The notes under the pieces were generated by a model. That model was given only the letters and a program-made list of their open reading frames with translations, made no database searches and had not been told where the DNA came from. The translations under genes were made by a program, and so were the position numbers. 46,655 bases of DNA from Calditrichaceae bacterium (GTDB lineage: Bacteria; Calditrichota; Calditrichia; Calditrichales; JBFXGD01). This document shows, in pieces, positions 45,378 through 46,655 of the stretch (its first letter is position 1; each line of letters opens with the position of its first letter). The stretch spans positions 1 through 46,655 of the forward strand of contig JBFXGD010000008.1 in NCBI GenBank assembly GCA_050178385.1, in the 5' to 3' direction.

Positions 45378-46655
45378 CTATAACTTTATTCTCTTCAGCC
45401 GGAGACTGTTGGTTACAACCGAAACCGAACTGAACGCCATGGCGAGGGCTGCAAAGACAGGATTAAACATTATTCCCCACAGCGGATAAAGAGCGCCCGC
45501 GGCCACAGGTATCATGATAACATTATAGGCGAACGCCCAGAACAGATTTTCTTTTATAACGCGGACTGTTTTTGCAGAAAGCCGAAAGGCTGTAAAGAGA
45601 GCCCTCAGATCACCCTTAATCAGGATAATATCAGCTGATTCAATCGCCACGTCAGTACCTGTGCCAATAGCGATTCCCACATCCGCCCTGGTAAGCGCGA
45701 CCGCATCATTGATTCCGTCACCGACCATCGCCACCTTGCGCCCGTTTTCCTGTAACGATTTGATAATTTCTTCTTTTCTTTCAGGTGTCCGCTCGGCATA
45801 AACACTATCGATTCCCGCTTCATCGGCCACCGCCTGAGCGGTTCTCTCATTATCCCCGGTTACCATACTGACCTGGATATTTCTTGATTTAAAATATTTG
45901 ATGATCTCAGGCGCTTCATCTTTAACCTGATCAGCCACTGCGAGCAATCCCGCTACTTTATCATCGACGGCCACAAATACCGGCGTCCACATTTTTTTTG
46001 ATATGTGATTCAACTGCTCCAGAATGTTTTCTTCTATCGCGATTTTTTTTCTCCGGATAAAGGTCGCGTTTCCGATGTAAATATGCTTGCCATCCACTTC
46101 ACCTTCCATTCCAAAACCCGGTTTAGTCTTAACATTCAGAGCTTCCTTAAATTCCAGACCACGGTTGATCAATTCTTCCAATATCGCTTTTGCAATCGGA
46201 TGATTGGATTGACTTTCCACTGAGGCGGCGTATATCAGCACTTTGTTTTCATCATAAAAAACGGATATGGTTTGAGCAATTTTCATTTTGCCCGATGTGA
46301 TTGTTCCCGTTTTATCCAGCAATATATCATCCACTTTATGGAAGATCTCCTGACTCCTGGCATTTTTTATCAGAACGCCTTCACGGGCGCCACGTCCGGA
46401 TGCCACCATGATTGCCGTTGGAGTGGCAAGGCCTAACGCGCAGGGGCAGGCAACCACAACAACGGCAATAAAATTGACCATTGATACTGAGAAGGTATGA
46501 CCGGTAAGATACCATACCATGAAAGTAAGTGCCGCTAAAATCAAAACAACCGGTACAAAGATTGAAGCGATTCTGTCAGCCAGTTTTTGAATGGGCGGTT
46601 TACTTCCCTGCGCTTCCCTTACGAGCTTGATAATTTGTCCGAGCGCGGTGTCCAT
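45378..46655 (-). CDS. copA: Copper-translocating P1B-type ATPase, C-terminal part (5' end outside window)
   Basis: ACPCALGLATP, DKTGT, SNHP, GDGIND, WAFAYN, MAFSS. Confidence 0.9.
   Translation of the reverse strand: MDTALGQIIKLVREAQGSKPPIQKLADRIASIFVPVVLILAALTFMVWYLTGHTFSVSMVNFIAVVVVACPCALGLATPTAIMVASGRGAREGVLIKNARSQEIFHKVDDILLDKTGTITSGKMKIAQTISVFYDENKVLIYAASVESQSNHPIAKAILEELINRGLEFKEALNVKTKPGFGMEGEVDGKHIYIGNATFIRRKKIAIEENILEQLNHISKKMWTPVFVAVDDKVAGLLAVADQVKDEAPEIIKYFKSRNIQVSMVTGDNERTAQAVADEAGIDSVYAERTPERKEEIIKSLQENGRKVAMVGDGINDAVALTRADVGIAIGTGTDVAIESADIILIKGDLRALFTAFRLSAKTVRVIKENLFWAFAYNVIMIPVAAGALYPLWGIMFNPVFAALAMAFSSVSVVTNSLRLKRIKL

Overview
Housekeeping-rich chromosomal segment of a bacterium, probably of the FCB group (Calditrichota/KSB1-like; an inference from gene content, not verified). 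Left part: a partial 5S rRNA sequence, a YjbH-like outer-membrane protein, clpC, pgi, a FabL-like enoyl-ACP reductase, etfB-etfA-acyl-CoA dehydrogenase, an alpha/beta hydrolase and an ABC-F ATPase. From 13174 onward all genes are on the minus strand; in ascending coordinates they are a ~2,875-aa multidomain flavo/Fe-S protein, metK, PGI/PMI, ptsI, HPr, mannose-family PTS IID/IIC, a secreted TPP-II-like subtilase, an FGE-sulfatase-domain lipoprotein, a stand-alone cas6, mrp/apbC, a hypothetical protein, recN, a PorZ-like propeller, the rib genes, a Nudix hydrolase, a sigma-54 activator and a partial copA. Two candidates for undescribed systems stand out. (1) The giant protein joins an FAD-linked oxidoreductase, four [4Fe-4S] motifs, two glutamate-synthase barrels, an internal class-II glutamine amidotransferase and a GXGXG domain, in an order permuted relative to canonical GltB. 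(2) The orphan Cas6 has no array or other cas genes in the window and appears to have lost its catalytic residues. It has its own terminator and a complete sigma-54 promoter (consensus -24/-12, IHF site, tandem palindromes), which suggests a repurposed regulatory RNA-binding protein. No mobile elements or CRISPR arrays were seen.
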